A DNA stretch of 64,000 nucleotides from Candidatus Sungiibacteriota bacterium. GTDB lineage: Bacteria > Patescibacteriota > Minisyncoccia > Sungbacterales > JACQCQ01. The notes beneath the pieces are model-generated. The model did no database searches. It was given only the letters and a program-made list of their open reading frames with translations, and had not been told where the DNA came from. Made by a program: the position numbers and the translations under genes. The stretch is taken from assembly GCA_016201505.1 (NCBI GenBank), contig JACQCQ010000013.1, positions 5,285-69,284 of the forward strand, read 5' to 3'. The first letter of the stretch is position 1. Every line of letters begins with the position of its first letter. Below, in pieces: positions 45,253 to 55,560 of this stretch.

Positions 45253-45858
45253 TCAATCATTATCACCTTTTCTCCACTTTGCAACGAGCCCTCGAATATA
45301 GCGGGTTAGACCAAAATACGCCCCTGCAAATAGCAGTACGGCAAACGCCATGAAGTAGTAAAACAGGTGAACGTATTGCGCGGCAAGCAGATATGAACTC
45401 CCGACATAATAGCCGATCCCCATAATAACGCCGTACTGAAAAATTGTGACAGGAACAGCATAGATGATAAATTTGCGAAACTGGACGCGGGCAAGCCCGG
45501 CGCTGATTAAAAACGGGATACTCAATCCATAGGCCAACTTACCAAAAATCATCATCTTTCGCGGATGATTTATCCAAAGTTTTTCAACAAATTCAAAATC
45601 AAGCGAAACTGCTTTGAGACTTGATCTGTATTTTTCAATTAATTTTCTTTGGTTCCCGAAGCGCCCCAAATAGTAATACACACTATCAGGAATAAGATCG
45701 CCTAAGATCATAATCCCAAACGCCGGGAGAACTTTGAAATATCCTAAAGACAGCAGAAATCCAACCGCCAAAGCGACAATGGGCCCTTCAAAAAAAGCCA
45801 ACGGAAAAAGCGCCAAATAACGATAGGTGATGAGAATATGCAGCAGGGTGTTAGGCAT
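45253..45858 (-). CDS. DedA/VTT-family membrane protein
   Basis: FFEGPIVALAVGFL...ILGDLIPDSVYYYLGRFG. Confidence 0.7.
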   Translation of the reverse strand: MPNTLLHILITYRYLALFPLAFFEGPIVALAVGFLLSLGYFKVLPAFGIMILGDLIPDSVYYYLGRFGNQRKLIEKYRSSLKAVSLDFEFVEKLWINHPRKMMIFGKLAYGLSIPFLISAGLARVQFRKFIIYAVPVTIFQYGVIMGIGYYVGSSYLLAAQYVHLFYYFMAFAVLLFAGAYFGLTRYIRGLVAKWRKGDND

Positions 45859-45862
45859 ACTA

Positions 45863-47638
45863 TCAATCGATTGACTGACTTTCCAAAAATTTCATGATAG
45901 CGGCGCTTACTTCTTCGATGTTATTTAAGACAAGAATATGATTCGCCTTCTCAAGCAGTGCGATCTTTACTGCGGGAATAAGTTCTTTCGCCTTCAGAGA
46001 ATTCTCTGCGGGAATAATAGTATCTTTCCCTCCATGCATGAGCAAAACAGGTACTTTAATATTTGAGAGACAGTCCTGACAATCAAATTTATACATCTGC
46101 CCAAGGGAGTAGAAATAGACGTGAAAACCCGTGTTTGGGATATCTGCGGCCATTCGGTGGAGATCCCAATCCCCCGTGTTCCTGTATTGCTCATAATGTA
46201 CCTGATAACCGGGGCGGGTTCGAGCGGGCAGGAACTTCAGTAAAACACAAATTGCAGAAATAAATGGGTGAATCACCGCGGCCATCGGCACTCTTTTTAT
46301 GCCAAAAATTGGCGCAAGGAATATCGCCGAAGAAACTTTACTTTGATTCCGTGAAAGAAAATCTAGAGCAATGAGTGTATCGAGAGAATGACTGACCAAT
46401 ATAAATCGGCTGATGTTTAGATATTGAATCAGACCCTCGATATCTCTGACGAAATCCTTTATTTCGTAGTCGTTATAGTTTGGGCGCTTAACAGACTTAC
46501 CATGTCCGCGCAAATCAAAAACGAGCGTATTATATTTATTCTGAAATATTTTTTCGTAGGGAAGCCAGGCTGATGAACTACCGGAAAGTCCATGAACGAA
46601 GATGAGTGTAGGATGCTCGAGCCTAAATTGATTCGTTCGAAAATAAATGCCCCTTCCGGAAATAGACTCCATGCTATCCTTGCGTCTCTGCCCGCCGCTC
46701 GCGTTCTTTTTCTTTTTTTTTTCTAAATCAGCCAGTGATTGATCCAACAGCCTGGCAAACGCTTTCGGATTTTTAAACATCTGATTATGTGTCCCGGCAA
46801 CTGCTAAGGCGCCATCTATTTTCAACGGCCGGCCGGCTTCTCTATCTTCTTTTGATCGAATCGTCTTTGACATGCGGGTAGCCGGAAAGGTTTTATCTTC
46901 AGCGCCGTAAATAACTGTGATGCCGATTCCGTTGTCATGCAGACTTTCGAGCATCGAAACGACGTCCGTGGCGCTAATAGCGCCTATTTCTTTTGCCGAT
47001 CGGATCGGACTTCCGCTAACAGTCAGAATGGCATTTAGTGGGGATGGCTCTTTTGATTTGGCCGTGCCCTCGATTTTAGCGTAGGCTGCTTTTTTCTCTT
47101 TTGACATACCAGTATTCAGCACATGATGAATCATATCTGCACCAAATCGGGCCACAAGAGATAAAGGGTTGTCTTTACCAATCATGCCTGCCGGATTTAC
47201 AAAGACAATATTTCTAAATTTTTCCGGATGCAAACTTGCGGCTATGGCTGTAAAAACTGCCCCCTCGGAATGCGCCACCACATCAACCTTCTCAATTTCC
47301 TTGGTCTCCAGTGTCTGCATCAATCCGGTCATTTTTCTTAGTTCAGCCATGTTATAGTCGAGACCCTCCTCATTCGTCTCGAGGCCGTGCGGCGTATCAG
47401 AAGCAATCACGTGCCTGCCTTCTTCTGCCAGACCAATCAGATTTTCACGAAGCGCCGTTGGAGTTTCTGACCAACCCATGGCAAAATACGTCGGAACTTG
47501 GCTTTTAGGCTGTTCCGGCTTTAAATCATAGATTTTGACCTGACTGCCGGACCCCTCGAGGTCGTAAACCTCCGGATGCAGAAACTGATCCTCAAATGAC
47601 TCTCGCTTGCTTCTGCCGGCTTCCTGAAATTTTTCCAT
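45863..47638 (-). CDS. Protein with two tandem alpha/beta-hydrolase-fold domains
   Basis: Nucleophile-elbow-like VAHSEGA in the first half and LVSHSLD in the second half; 591 aa. Confidence 0.55.
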   Translation of the reverse strand: MEKFQEAGRSKRESFEDQFLHPEVYDLEGSGSQVKIYDLKPEQPKSQVPTYFAMGWSETPTALRENLIGLAEEGRHVIASDTPHGLETNEEGLDYNMAELRKMTGLMQTLETKEIEKVDVVAHSEGAVFTAIAASLHPEKFRNIVFVNPAGMIGKDNPLSLVARFGADMIHHVLNTGMSKEKKAAYAKIEGTAKSKEPSPLNAILTVSGSPIRSAKEIGAISATDVVSMLESLHDNGIGITVIYGAEDKTFPATRMSKTIRSKEDREAGRPLKIDGALAVAGTHNQMFKNPKAFARLLDQSLADLEKKKKKNASGGQRRKDSMESISGRGIYFRTNQFRLEHPTLIFVHGLSGSSSAWLPYEKIFQNKYNTLVFDLRGHGKSVKRPNYNDYEIKDFVRDIEGLIQYLNISRFILVSHSLDTLIALDFLSRNQSKVSSAIFLAPIFGIKRVPMAAVIHPFISAICVLLKFLPARTRPGYQVHYEQYRNTGDWDLHRMAADIPNTGFHVYFYSLGQMYKFDCQDCLSNIKVPVLLMHGGKDTIIPAENSLKAKELIPAVKIALLEKANHILVLNNIEEVSAAIMKFLESQSID

Positions 47639-47660
47639 GGTGATACGCCTTTAGTCTACA

Positions 47661-48317
47661 TCATTTTTTGGTTACCAAGAAATATTCTTTTTTGGGGAAT
47701 CGCTCGACAAACTTTAGCATATATTTGACGTCGCCGATTTGGGACTGGTGCGCCATCATGGCGCGGACTTTTTGATCCCAAACAGAAGAGACATCAACTA
47801 CCAAACCAATATCTTTCTTTTGATACCCCGGCGGGACGTAAATAAAGTAATCTTGCCGGGCCCGATCGCGCTCCGACGGCCGGCATAACTGCAAAATAGT
47901 TTTAATAAACGGCAGACGATGAAACAGATACAGCGAAACCATGGCGATCGTCATGTGATCAATGTGGCCCGAGATGCCGCGCGGCTCGTAGGTCAAAATC
48001 GTCTCCGGTTTTAGTTTTCGCAGTATGACCTCGGTTGTTTGCGCGATTTGGTGGTATAGATTATTGGAGAGGTCGCCGTCTCTAAACCCGAGAAAGAAAA
48101 CTTTTTTAATGCCCAAAATCTTTGCCGCGCGAAGCAGTTCTTGTTCACGGATTTTAGGCAAGTTTTTTGAGGCCTTCCTCCCCTTTTCCAATCCGACCTC
48201 GCCTTTGGTGGCGCAAATTAAATAGACCTCGCTGGTTTTAGCGAGTTTTGCGATCGTGCCTCCCGGCCCGAAGGCCTCATCATCGGGATGCGCGAATATC
48301 GCGACAATGCGTTTCAT
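47661..48317 (-). CDS. PIG-L/LmbE-family N-acetylglucosaminyl deacetylase
   Basis: IVAIFAHPDDEAFGPGGT and HIDH motifs. Confidence 0.75.
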   Translation of the reverse strand: MKRIVAIFAHPDDEAFGPGGTIAKLAKTSEVYLICATKGEVGLEKGRKASKNLPKIREQELLRAAKILGIKKVFFLGFRDGDLSNNLYHQIAQTTEVILRKLKPETILTYEPRGISGHIDHMTIAMVSLYLFHRLPFIKTILQLCRPSERDRARQDYFIYVPPGYQKKDIGLVVDVSSVWDQKVRAMMAHQSQIGDVKYMLKFVERFPKKEYFLVTKK

Positions 48318-48332
48318 ACATGTCTATTTGGT

Positions 48333-48830
48333 TTATAGTTTTAAACTCCCAACAACGGCCGCGGCCATCAAGAGAAGCTGAAGCGAGACGCCAAAAATCG
48401 GCCGATGATCGAGATCGCGGCGCGCATGAATCCAGATATGGAATCTTTGCAGTGTTGTCAGCGGTTGATACCGCCATTTCCAATAGACGAACTGCAGCGG
48501 GTCCGGCAAAATCCCGGCCATCGCGCCAAGCAAAACAATGAATGAGGCACTATGCAACCAGGAATGAAATAACAGGAAACTGATTAGGATCCCGAAAATC
48601 ACATCTAGCCCGATTTTGGCGAAGTCGAATGGAAAGTCGCGGCCAATCTGCATATCGCTTTTTCTAAAATCTTGTTTATTTATTTCAAATGAAGCCACCG
48701 GATAATGCCAATGCGGCATGGCATCAATCATAAAATGCGACAGAAAGCCGGCGGAAAATGCCAGGACAGGGTGCGTGGGGAAGATACTGGCGGCGGCCGC
48801 GCCGACAACGGCGTGAGTCGTAAGCGTCAT
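48333..48830 (-). CDS. Membrane-bound metal-dependent hydrolase, YdjM/DUF457-like
   Basis: MTLTTHAVVGAAAA...SHFMIDAMPHWHYP. Confidence 0.55.
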   Translation of the reverse strand: MTLTTHAVVGAAAASIFPTHPVLAFSAGFLSHFMIDAMPHWHYPVASFEINKQDFRKSDMQIGRDFPFDFAKIGLDVIFGILISFLLFHSWLHSASFIVLLGAMAGILPDPLQFVYWKWRYQPLTTLQRFHIWIHARRDLDHRPIFGVSLQLLLMAAAVVGSLKL

Positions 48831-48920
48831 ATCTTAGATAACGCGTGCTTCATAATAACAAAATAATAAACGAGGAGGCTCTTATCTTTTTCTGGCTCGC
48901 GAGCCGCCAGCCAATAGATT

Positions 48921-50360
48921 TTAAAAGTCTTTGAGACCATTTAACTTGGCGCGGGTTTTAACGCCGACCGACCCGTAGCCCGTGTCGCCTTTTTTGGCGA
49001 TGCCGTATCGCGCCTGGAACCGAATCACCGCGGCTTGAGTCGCCGGGCCGTAATAACCGGAAACTGTTTTTTCCGGATAGAGTGTCGGGTCCTGGCGCAA
49101 GAGCTGCTGCAGGGCCGTTACTTGCTTATTGGATGAGCCCTTTGAAAGATAGAGCGTGAAGGGAATCGTATGGACGACTTTGATTGAACCCTGACTGGCA
49201 GTCCCCGCTCCGGCAGCTCCTGAAGCCTGGCTGGTAGTTGAACTTACAGCGGAAGAGGGGCTCGATCCCGGCGGTAAAATTGTAAGCACAATAGTTTTTG
49301 ACTTCAGGGGGTCATAGGTTCCGGTCAGACTTTCTGGGAGAAGCATAAAAGAGACAGTTTGCGGGATACCGGTGTGATTGGAAAACGCGATTGTGCTGCT
49401 TCCGGTAACCGAAAGGGGCTGGGGGAGAGCAAGCCCGACGCAATGAAGAGCGATGACCGGATCCCAGAGACTGCTGGTCGCAGTGACGGCGTCACTGCAG
49501 GGCAGCTGGATATTCGTGCCCGAGGCGTTTCTCGCATCCCAAGAAAAATAAATCGGCTCACCGGAGAGAGCGATAGTTTTGGAACTGGTAAATGAGAAAA
49601 TAGATTCTGACTGCGGCGGCAGAGCGCCGCCGACTGTGAGTGAAAGCGAGATGCCGTGCGTGCCGTCATAGACGCCGGGTACAATGGCCGGCAAAACACG
49701 AACGCCAAGAGTGGCAGAGGAGTAGGACGCATTGGAAAATGAAATCGTAACCGAGCCCGAACCGGCGAGATCCGAGGTATAGGCCAGGCCGTTGCAGGGC
49801 AGGGCGTTGGTGACTGAAGGACTTTGCGAGAAAACCTGAATACCCGATACGCAATCAAACTGGAGATTGGCGCCTCCAATATCAATCCCCGTCCAGGTGA
49901 GCGTCAGCGCCGTTCCCGGAATCGGATATTGGGTTGAGGCGGAAAAATTACTAATCGGATGCGGTATGGGGCCGACTGTAATGGTTGTACTGACGCCTCC
50001 CGCGTCATAATCGGCGCCGCTCGCGTCCTTTGGAGTCACACGGACAGTTACGGATTGTGTGGCCCCTGTGGCGTTAATGATTTGAAACCCGGCCGAGTCT
50101 GAAGCATAGGAACTTACAGATTGTTTCGTATTGCAGGGGAAGGCCGCGCCCGCGTCGGTCTTTAGACTGATCCCCTGATTACAGAAAAAATAAAGATTAT
50201 GTCCGCTGCCGTTGGTGATAGCCCATGACAGGGCCGTGAACTGGCCGTAGCTGATTGAGGAAGGAGTCGCAGAAAAAGACGTGACTGCCGGATTATCGGC
50301 GCTCGCCACCGCCGGCAGGACACCAAAGATGGTAAACAGAAGCAAAAGATAAAATTTCTT
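48921..50360 (-). CDS. Secreted protein with repeated Ig-like regions and a C-terminal peptidoglycan-binding domain
   Basis: Signal peptide MKKFYLLLLFTIFGVLPAVASA, starting at the internal Met of the ORF that runs to 50420. C-terminal QVTALQQLL...YYGPATQAAVIRFQ (PG_binding_1-like). Confidence 0.6.
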   Translation of the reverse strand, partial: KKFYLLLLFTIFGVLPAVASADNPAVTSFSATPSSISYGQFTALSWAITNGSGHNLYFFCNQGISLKTDAGAAFPCNTKQSVSSYASDSAGFQIINATGATQSVTVRVTPKDASGADYDAGGVSTTITVGPIPHPISNFSASTQYPIPGTALTLTWTGIDIGGANLQFDCVSGIQVFSQSPSVTNALPCNGLAYTSDLAGSGSVTISFSNASYSSATLGVRVLPAIVPGVYDGTHGISLSLTVGGALPPQSESIFSFTSSKTIALSGEPIYFSWDARNASGTNIQLPCSDAVTATSSLWDPVIALHCVGLALPQPLSVTGSSTIAFSNHTGIPQTVSFMLLPESLTGTYDPLKSKTIVLTILPPGSSPSSAVSSTTSQASGAAGAGTASQGSIKVVHTIPFTLYLSKGSSNKQVTALQQLLRQDPTLYPEKTVSGYYGPATQAAVIRFQARYGIAKKGDTGYGSVGVKTRAKLNGLKDF

Positions 50361-50411
50361 CATACTATTATTATATTGATGGTACCATATCAGCCAATCA
50401 TCAAATTTATG

Positions 50412-51059
50412 TATAAGCATGTCAAAACAATAACGGCAGCAGGATTAATGGTTCTCTTCGCAGGAGTTACTGCCTTTATTTTGACAAAGTACCCGACTTT
50501 TTCAACCTCGCCCTCGAGCCGCTCCGCGCAAGGACTGGCGGGATCAAACGCTCTACCTAAAGGGTTACTGCCGCCGATCGATAATGCCCTTTTACGCATC
50601 ACCAAAAAATCATTTGGTGTCTATGTTGCGCCGGCTAACTCGCCGGTAAGCCCCGAGCGATTTAAGGGATACCACACCGGAGTCGATTTTGAAACCTATC
50701 CCGCAGAAAAAGATTTAGATGTTTCAATATACGCCGCCTGCACCGGGCTGCTCCGTCTAAAAAAATGGGCCGCGGGATATGGCGGCGTTTTGCGGGAAGA
50801 ATGCAGGCTCGATAATCAGGCTGTTACGATTGTGTACGGACACGTCAAACTTTCAAGCGTGACAAGCGATGTTGGGAGAACCTTAACCGCGGGAGAAAAA
50901 ATCGCGATTCTTGGCGCGGGATACAGCAGCGAAACTGACGGCGAGCGAAAACATCTGCATTTTGGCATTCACCGAGGTACTGCAATTGATATTCGCGGCT
51001 ACGTACAAAACGAAACTGAATTAAAAAATTGGCTTGATCCGCAAATATTTTTTAGATAA
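50412..51059 (+). CDS. M23-family metallopeptidase, membrane-anchored
   Basis: GYHTGVDF (HxxxD) and HLHFGIH (HxH) motifs. ORF track starts at 50376; an internal Met after it is the more likely start. Confidence 0.75.
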   Translation, partial: YKHVKTITAAGLMVLFAGVTAFILTKYPTFSTSPSSRSAQGLAGSNALPKGLLPPIDNALLRITKKSFGVYVAPANSPVSPERFKGYHTGVDFETYPAEKDLDVSIYAACTGLLRLKKWAAGYGGVLREECRLDNQAVTIVYGHVKLSSVTSDVGRTLTAGEKIAILGAGYSSETDGERKHLHFGIHRGTAIDIRGYVQNETELKNWLDPQIFFR

Positions 51060-51101
51060 TCAGTTAAGCTGAACCTGTTTCAGTCGGAGTTGCAAGTTTG
51101 T

Positions 51102-51177
51102 TGGCTGGGGAGCTAGGGCTCGAACCTAGAGTTTCCTGCTCCAAAGGCAGGCGTGTTGCCAATTACACTACTCCCCA
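51102..51177 (-). tRNA. tRNA-Gln (anticodon TTG), CCA encoded
   Basis: Acceptor TGGGGAG/CTCCCCA with a U1:A72 pair, anticodon stem-loop CCTGC-CTTTGGA-GCAGG, T arm CTAGGTTCGAGCCCTAG, and 3' GCCA. Confidence 0.8.
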
Positions 51178-51184
51178 AATATAT

Positions 51185-51451
51185 TTATTTTCCTTTCTTT
51201 TTTGGCAACGGGCCGATCATAGTTTCGATCTCCTTTACACCCTCGCGTGATAACCAGTATTGTTCCTTCATTTTAACCTGCTTAAAGGACTTTACCGACT
51301 CCTTATGGACCAACTGCATGGGAAGCCTGTATTTTGTACCGCGCTTCGCGCCGGCTTCATGCTCGGCCATGGCAAGAGACAAGTCTTCCGTATGCCCAAT
51401 GTATATACCACCATCGCGCTCGCTTTTCAAAATGTAGACGATGTATTTCAT
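51185..51451 (-). CDS. GIY-YIG nuclease-superfamily small protein (second copy), immediately 5' of tRNA-Gln
   Basis: MKYIVYILKSERDGGIYIGHTEDLSLAMAEHE. Confidence 0.75.
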   Translation of the reverse strand: MKYIVYILKSERDGGIYIGHTEDLSLAMAEHEAGAKRGTKYRLPMQLVHKESVKSFKQVKMKEQYWLSREGVKEIETMIGPLPKKKGK

Positions 51452-51508
51452 ACAATTCCAAATTCCTAATTTCTAATATCTAATGAAAATACGGAAAGAT
51501 TCATGCCC

Positions 51509-51871
51509 TTACTTTAACTGATTCAGTCTAGAATTTTTTATTATTGTAATGAGAATAAGTTGCAATTCATGAGCTTCCTGCGAAAGCCTCTTCGATTTTC
51601 CATCGAGCTCTGGACTAGCCTTAATTACCATTCTCAACCAATGTCTCGACTCCTTAGCTTCTTTCTTTGAAATCCCGAGTTTGTGCTCAAAATCTTTTCT
51701 GGATTCAGCTGAATCGGCTTCGCAATAATTAGCACCCACGCTGGTTCCGGCCCTTATGAGCTGACTAATGAGCGGAATAGTAACAACATTTTTTGGAATT
51801 TCTTTGGCAAACTCAATAATATCTTCACCGAATTTAGCTGTTCTTTCTTCTAGATCATAGTTTCTAGGCAT
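51509..51871 (-). CDS. Four-helix-bundle protein (23S rRNA intervening-sequence protein family)
   Basis: RAGTSVGANYCEADSAESRKDFEHKLGISKKEAKESRHWL. Confidence 0.7.
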   Translation of the reverse strand: MPRNYDLEERTAKFGEDIIEFAKEIPKNVVTIPLISQLIRAGTSVGANYCEADSAESRKDFEHKLGISKKEAKESRHWLRMVIKASPELDGKSKRLSQEAHELQLILITIIKNSRLNQLK

Positions 51872-51882
51872 TGAATTTGGAA

Positions 51883-52629
51883 TTAGAAATTAGATATTAG
51901 TCGTTGAGATTTGGCTTGCCCAAATCTATAAATCACATCTTTCCGCTCAACGACCACTTCCCAATTGTGGGCTCTCGCATAACGAAACAGTTTCATCGAG
52001 GGATTGAAGACTACCGGACGGTCTACCATTTTAAGGAACGGGATGTCAGACTCCGTATCCCCCACCCCGACCGAATTTTTGAGCGTTAAATTATTTTTCT
52101 TCATCGCGCGGCGCAAAGTTTCGGCTTTATTCAAAATAGTCGCCTCATAGAGCACTTTTCCGGTGAAGCGAACCTGACTGTCAACCTCGTAAACCATCGA
52201 ATAGGTTTTATCGAAATGTAGCGACTTGGCAAAGGGTGCGACAATTTCGTAGGGCGAATGTGAAATGGCCAGCAAAAAATGCGTGCGGCGCAGTTTTTGC
52301 ACCAGATCGCGGGTATAGCGATAGAGCCGCACGCGATGAAAGGCCAAAACCTTAGCCGCCACCTTCCAGACATCGGCCCGCCGCACGCCCCGGATATGAT
52401 GTTCGTAGGCCGAGACGACCTTTGAAATATATTCATAATAGGAAAAGCCGGTTTTGACATTGCCTTCGCGGGCGATCCAGCGATTGTAAGCGTCGCTATA
52501 GCTTCGTTTGGCGCCCGGCGGGAAGATGCCCTCTTGAATTAAGGCTTCAACGAGTTCAATCAACAGCGAGGAACGAAAAATTGTGCCGTCGATGTCGAAG
52601 ACCGCAACTTGCAGAGGAGGCTTCGCCAT
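51883..52629 (-). CDS. HAD-superfamily hydrolase
   Basis: VAVFDIDGTIF (DxDGT motif I) and VGVGDTESD (motif IV-like). Confidence 0.7.
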   Translation of the reverse strand: MAKPPLQVAVFDIDGTIFRSSLLIELVEALIQEGIFPPGAKRSYSDAYNRWIAREGNVKTGFSYYEYISKVVSAYEHHIRGVRRADVWKVAAKVLAFHRVRLYRYTRDLVQKLRRTHFLLAISHSPYEIVAPFAKSLHFDKTYSMVYEVDSQVRFTGKVLYEATILNKAETLRRAMKKNNLTLKNSVGVGDTESDIPFLKMVDRPVVFNPSMKLFRYARAHNWEVVVERKDVIYRFGQAKSQRLISNF

Positions 52630-52649
52630 ATTATTTTTCTGCTCTCATC

Positions 52650-53804
52650 TTATGCGGTGATTTCAAGCGCGGCCAATTCAAGCGGCAATCCCGGAACCGG
52701 CGAACGGCGGTATTTTTGCGCAATATCCGAGAGGACCATTAAAATTCGTTTTAAGTGAATGCCGTCCGTAGCGCTGATGACCACATCCAGCGCCTTCATT
52801 TCTTCATCCAAAAGCTCATCGGCGACTGCGGCTTTTAATGCCGGATCGATTTTAGCGAGTATCCCGTTCCGCGCAAGACGCACCAGCGACTTTAAAATCT
52901 GGTGCGCGTCATAACCGGCTTCAACCGCGTTTTTAATCAACTCGATGGCCTTTTTGGCCTCGCGGGCCGCTAGTGCTTGATACATTGATACTATGATTTC
53001 TCTTCTGGGGAGACCTAAAATTTCCTCAACCAGCTCTTTGGTGACGGTACGCTCCTCGATGGCTAAAATTTTTCCCAAAATGCTTTCGGCGTCACGGAGT
53101 GACCCTTCGGCGGAAATGGCGACGAGTCTTGCGGCATCCGAATCCAGTTTTACTTTTTCCTTGGCCGCGATGGATGCGAGTCGTTCTGAAATGACAGCCA
53201 CCGACGGCCGCTTGAATTGATAGTGCTGGGTGCGCGAGATAATCGTCGCGGGCACTTTGTCAATTTCGGTTGTAGCCAAGACAAAAATGGCGTGCTCCGG
53301 CGGCTCCTCGAGCGTTTTCAAAAGCGCATTAAAAGCCGGCGGGGTCAGCATATGCACCTCGTCAATAATGTAGGTTTTCTTGCCGCCTTCGGCCGGAACG
53401 TATCGCACCGCCTCCCTTAACTCGCGGATTTCATCGATGCCGCGATTGGAGGCCGCGTCGATTTCTATAATGTCAAACGACGCGCCGTCATTATAGCGGA
53501 TGCAGGAATCGCAGGTGTTACAAGGGATTTCCAGCCCGCCTTCGCCAAGGCTGCGGCGGGTGCTTAATTTGTCAGCAGAATTTACCATGCGGGACAAATT
53601 GGCACAATTAACGGCTTTGGCAATCAGTCGCGCGACCGTCGTTTTCCCCACGCCATGCGGACCGGAAAATAAATAGGCGTGCGCCACGCGCCCAGTCTCG
53701 ACGGCATTTAAAATCGCGCGCACCGTCGGCTCCTGGCCCACGACTTCAAGAAAACTGGTCGGGCGGTATTTTCGATAGAGTACGAGGTGATCTTGCCGGT
53801 TCAT
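52650..53804 (-). CDS. dnaX: DNA polymerase III subunit gamma/tau
   Basis: YRKYRPTSFLEVVGQEPTV, FSGPHGVGKTT, IDEVHML, and a Cys cluster CNTCDSC. Confidence 0.85.
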   Translation of the reverse strand: MNRQDHLVLYRKYRPTSFLEVVGQEPTVRAILNAVETGRVAHAYLFSGPHGVGKTTVARLIAKAVNCANLSRMVNSADKLSTRRSLGEGGLEIPCNTCDSCIRYNDGASFDIIEIDAASNRGIDEIRELREAVRYVPAEGGKKTYIIDEVHMLTPPAFNALLKTLEEPPEHAIFVLATTEIDKVPATIISRTQHYQFKRPSVAVISERLASIAAKEKVKLDSDAARLVAISAEGSLRDAESILGKILAIEERTVTKELVEEILGLPRREIIVSMYQALAAREAKKAIELIKNAVEAGYDAHQILKSLVRLARNGILAKIDPALKAAVADELLDEEMKALDVVISATDGIHLKRILMVLSDIAQKYRRSPVPGLPLELAALEITA

Positions 53805-53807
53805 CGG

Positions 53808-54419
53808 CTACATCTTCTCACGAAATACCACAAATTTGTAGCCCACAAAATTCCAAACAAAAGAGAATGCGATGGCCATTATTTTAGCAACATTGGCCCA
53901 TTGCGCGGCGGAGACGCCGCCGGGCGGCGCAATATAGCCGGTAAAGAGACCGACAATCAAGCTTGAAATAATGGCCGCCACCACGCTGACCGTCAAGAAC
54001 TCAAAAAACTGTGTGCGGCTCCTTCGCGCTTTACCCTCAAAAACCCATTTTTTATTCCATATGTAACTATTCACAACTGCCACTGTAAAGGAAACGGCGT
54101 TAATCAGGGCAAGCTGCAAACCCTTGTCATAGCCAGTGGCATAAATCAAAACATTATAGACGCCGAGGTCAAGCGCCGTATTCAAAACACCGATGAGCCC
54201 GAATTTAGCAATCTGCCAAATGATAGGCACCATTCGGCCGATGAGACTGGCGACAAAAACGCCCGCGGCCGAGAGAATTGGCAACAAAATCAAAAATGCC
54301 AGATACGGCGAAGGAATTTTAGCGATTAAATTTGTATTCGACAAAATGGGCAGCAAAAGCGCCCCGATGACGACGCCGATTACAAGACCGATAACAATAT
54401 CCCGCCAGACAATACGCAT
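53808..54419 (-). CDS. GtrA-family membrane protein with an N-terminal extension
   Basis: FGLIGVLNTALDLGVYNVL...VWNFVGYKFVVF. Confidence 0.6.
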   Translation of the reverse strand: MRIVWRDIVIGLVIGVVIGALLLPILSNTNLIAKIPSPYLAFLILLPILSAAGVFVASLIGRMVPIIWQIAKFGLIGVLNTALDLGVYNVLIYATGYDKGLQLALINAVSFTVAVVNSYIWNKKWVFEGKARRSRTQFFEFLTVSVVAAIISSLIVGLFTGYIAPPGGVSAAQWANVAKIMAIAFSFVWNFVGYKFVVFREKM

Positions 54420-54491
54420 AAACTTGACAAATTATTTAATAAATGTAAGATGTAACTCCTCAATTCCATCTTACACGAAAGGAGGCGGAGC

Positions 54492-54791
54492 ATGCTCTTT
54501 CTGGGATTGCCGCTGCATGATGAATCAAGAAAAGAACTCTTGCCATTTATTGTAGCTGAAGTCCGAAAATATTTCCCAGGCCTTATCCGCATCGAGCCCA
54601 TGGAGCCGAAGCAAAATTCGGAGAAAACGGGCCCTTCCGGCGAAGTGATGTGCTTTTTCCAGGGTGATCCACCAGCCTGTAAGGCGTACCTAAGAGATTA
54701 TGCCGGATACATCCATGTCTATCTCCTGGGACGGCCGCCGGTCATTCTGCGAAATCCCTATGAAGAGCTCGAGGACCGCCTTGCTGGCTAG
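54492..54791 (+). CDS. Hypothetical small protein
   Basis: ORF in a 385-bp gap between minus-strand genes. Confidence 0.3.
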   Translation: MLFLGLPLHDESRKELLPFIVAEVRKYFPGLIRIEPMEPKQNSEKTGPSGEVMCFFQGDPPACKAYLRDYAGYIHVYLLGRPPVILRNPYEELEDRLAG

Positions 54792-54804
54792 CAGCGCGGT
54801 CCTT

Positions 54805-55560
54805 TTACTTCCCAAAGGGCACGTGCTTCTTTGAACCTTCTGCGATTACCCGATGCCGCACCAGATCATACATTTCTCGGCGTGAATCAGGACGTCCCGC
54901 GGACTCTTCGGCGATTTTTTTTATTTGCTCATCAATCACATCCCGGGCCTTTTTGAAATTTTCCTTGTATTGGGGAAATTTCTCGACTTCATACACCAGA
55001 CTCCGATAGAGACCGGCTAAAATGTTAATCTTGACCGCCAGCTGGTCCTCAACCCAATCGCCAATTTTTCCCTTCTTGCCATTTTCCAGCCAGGCTTTTT
55101 CTGCCTTCTTCCATTCGGCTTCGGCTTTGGGCGCATAGAGCAGCGTAACATGAGGAATTTGTTTCTGGATGACTTTACCCTCTTTATCGTGAACATCTAC
55201 CAGCGGACGTTTGCCGGTAAAATCGATGGATGCATCAAGGTCGCGCATGCGCTTTAACTTGGAAAACTCCTCTTCAGGCGAATGAGTATCGCTGACATCG
55301 ATTGCCATCCAGGCTCCGTTCCCCCAGCGCACGGCAAAATCAAATCCGTGCTGATGATAGGGTTTTCCCAGGTCGTCGTTTCTCTCGGCCTGCCTAATTT
55401 CTTTCACCCCCTCAAAGTGCTCCATCATAAATTCGGCTGTCATCTGCTCCAGGGCGAGACTAAAGTCTTCCGCATACCCGGGGGAATCTTCAAGGGGTTC
55501 GATGCGGGGGTTAATTTCTCTGGCCGCTTGTTCCTCCGGAGACCATTCTACGGATTTCAT
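54805..55560 (-). CDS. Hypothetical protein, first gene upstream of the ATPase
   Basis: ORF, acidic, no motif. Confidence 0.45.
   Translation of the reverse strand: MKSVEWSPEEQAAREINPRIEPLEDSPGYAEDFSLALEQMTAEFMMEHFEGVKEIRQAERNDDLGKPYHQHGFDFAVRWGNGAWMAIDVSDTHSPEEEFSKLKRMRDLDASIDFTGKRPLVDVHDKEGKVIQKQIPHVTLLYAPKAEAEWKKAEKAWLENGKKGKIGDWVEDQLAVKINILAGLYRSLVYEVEKFPQYKENFKKARDVIDEQIKKIAEESAGRPDSRREMYDLVRHRVIAEGSKKHVPFGK

Noticed and set aside
49325-49885. 186-aa minus-strand ORF and others nested in the 499-aa secreted protein gene
   Set aside because: It is an alternative frame of a larger gene that has a clear signal peptide and a peptidoglycan-binding domain.
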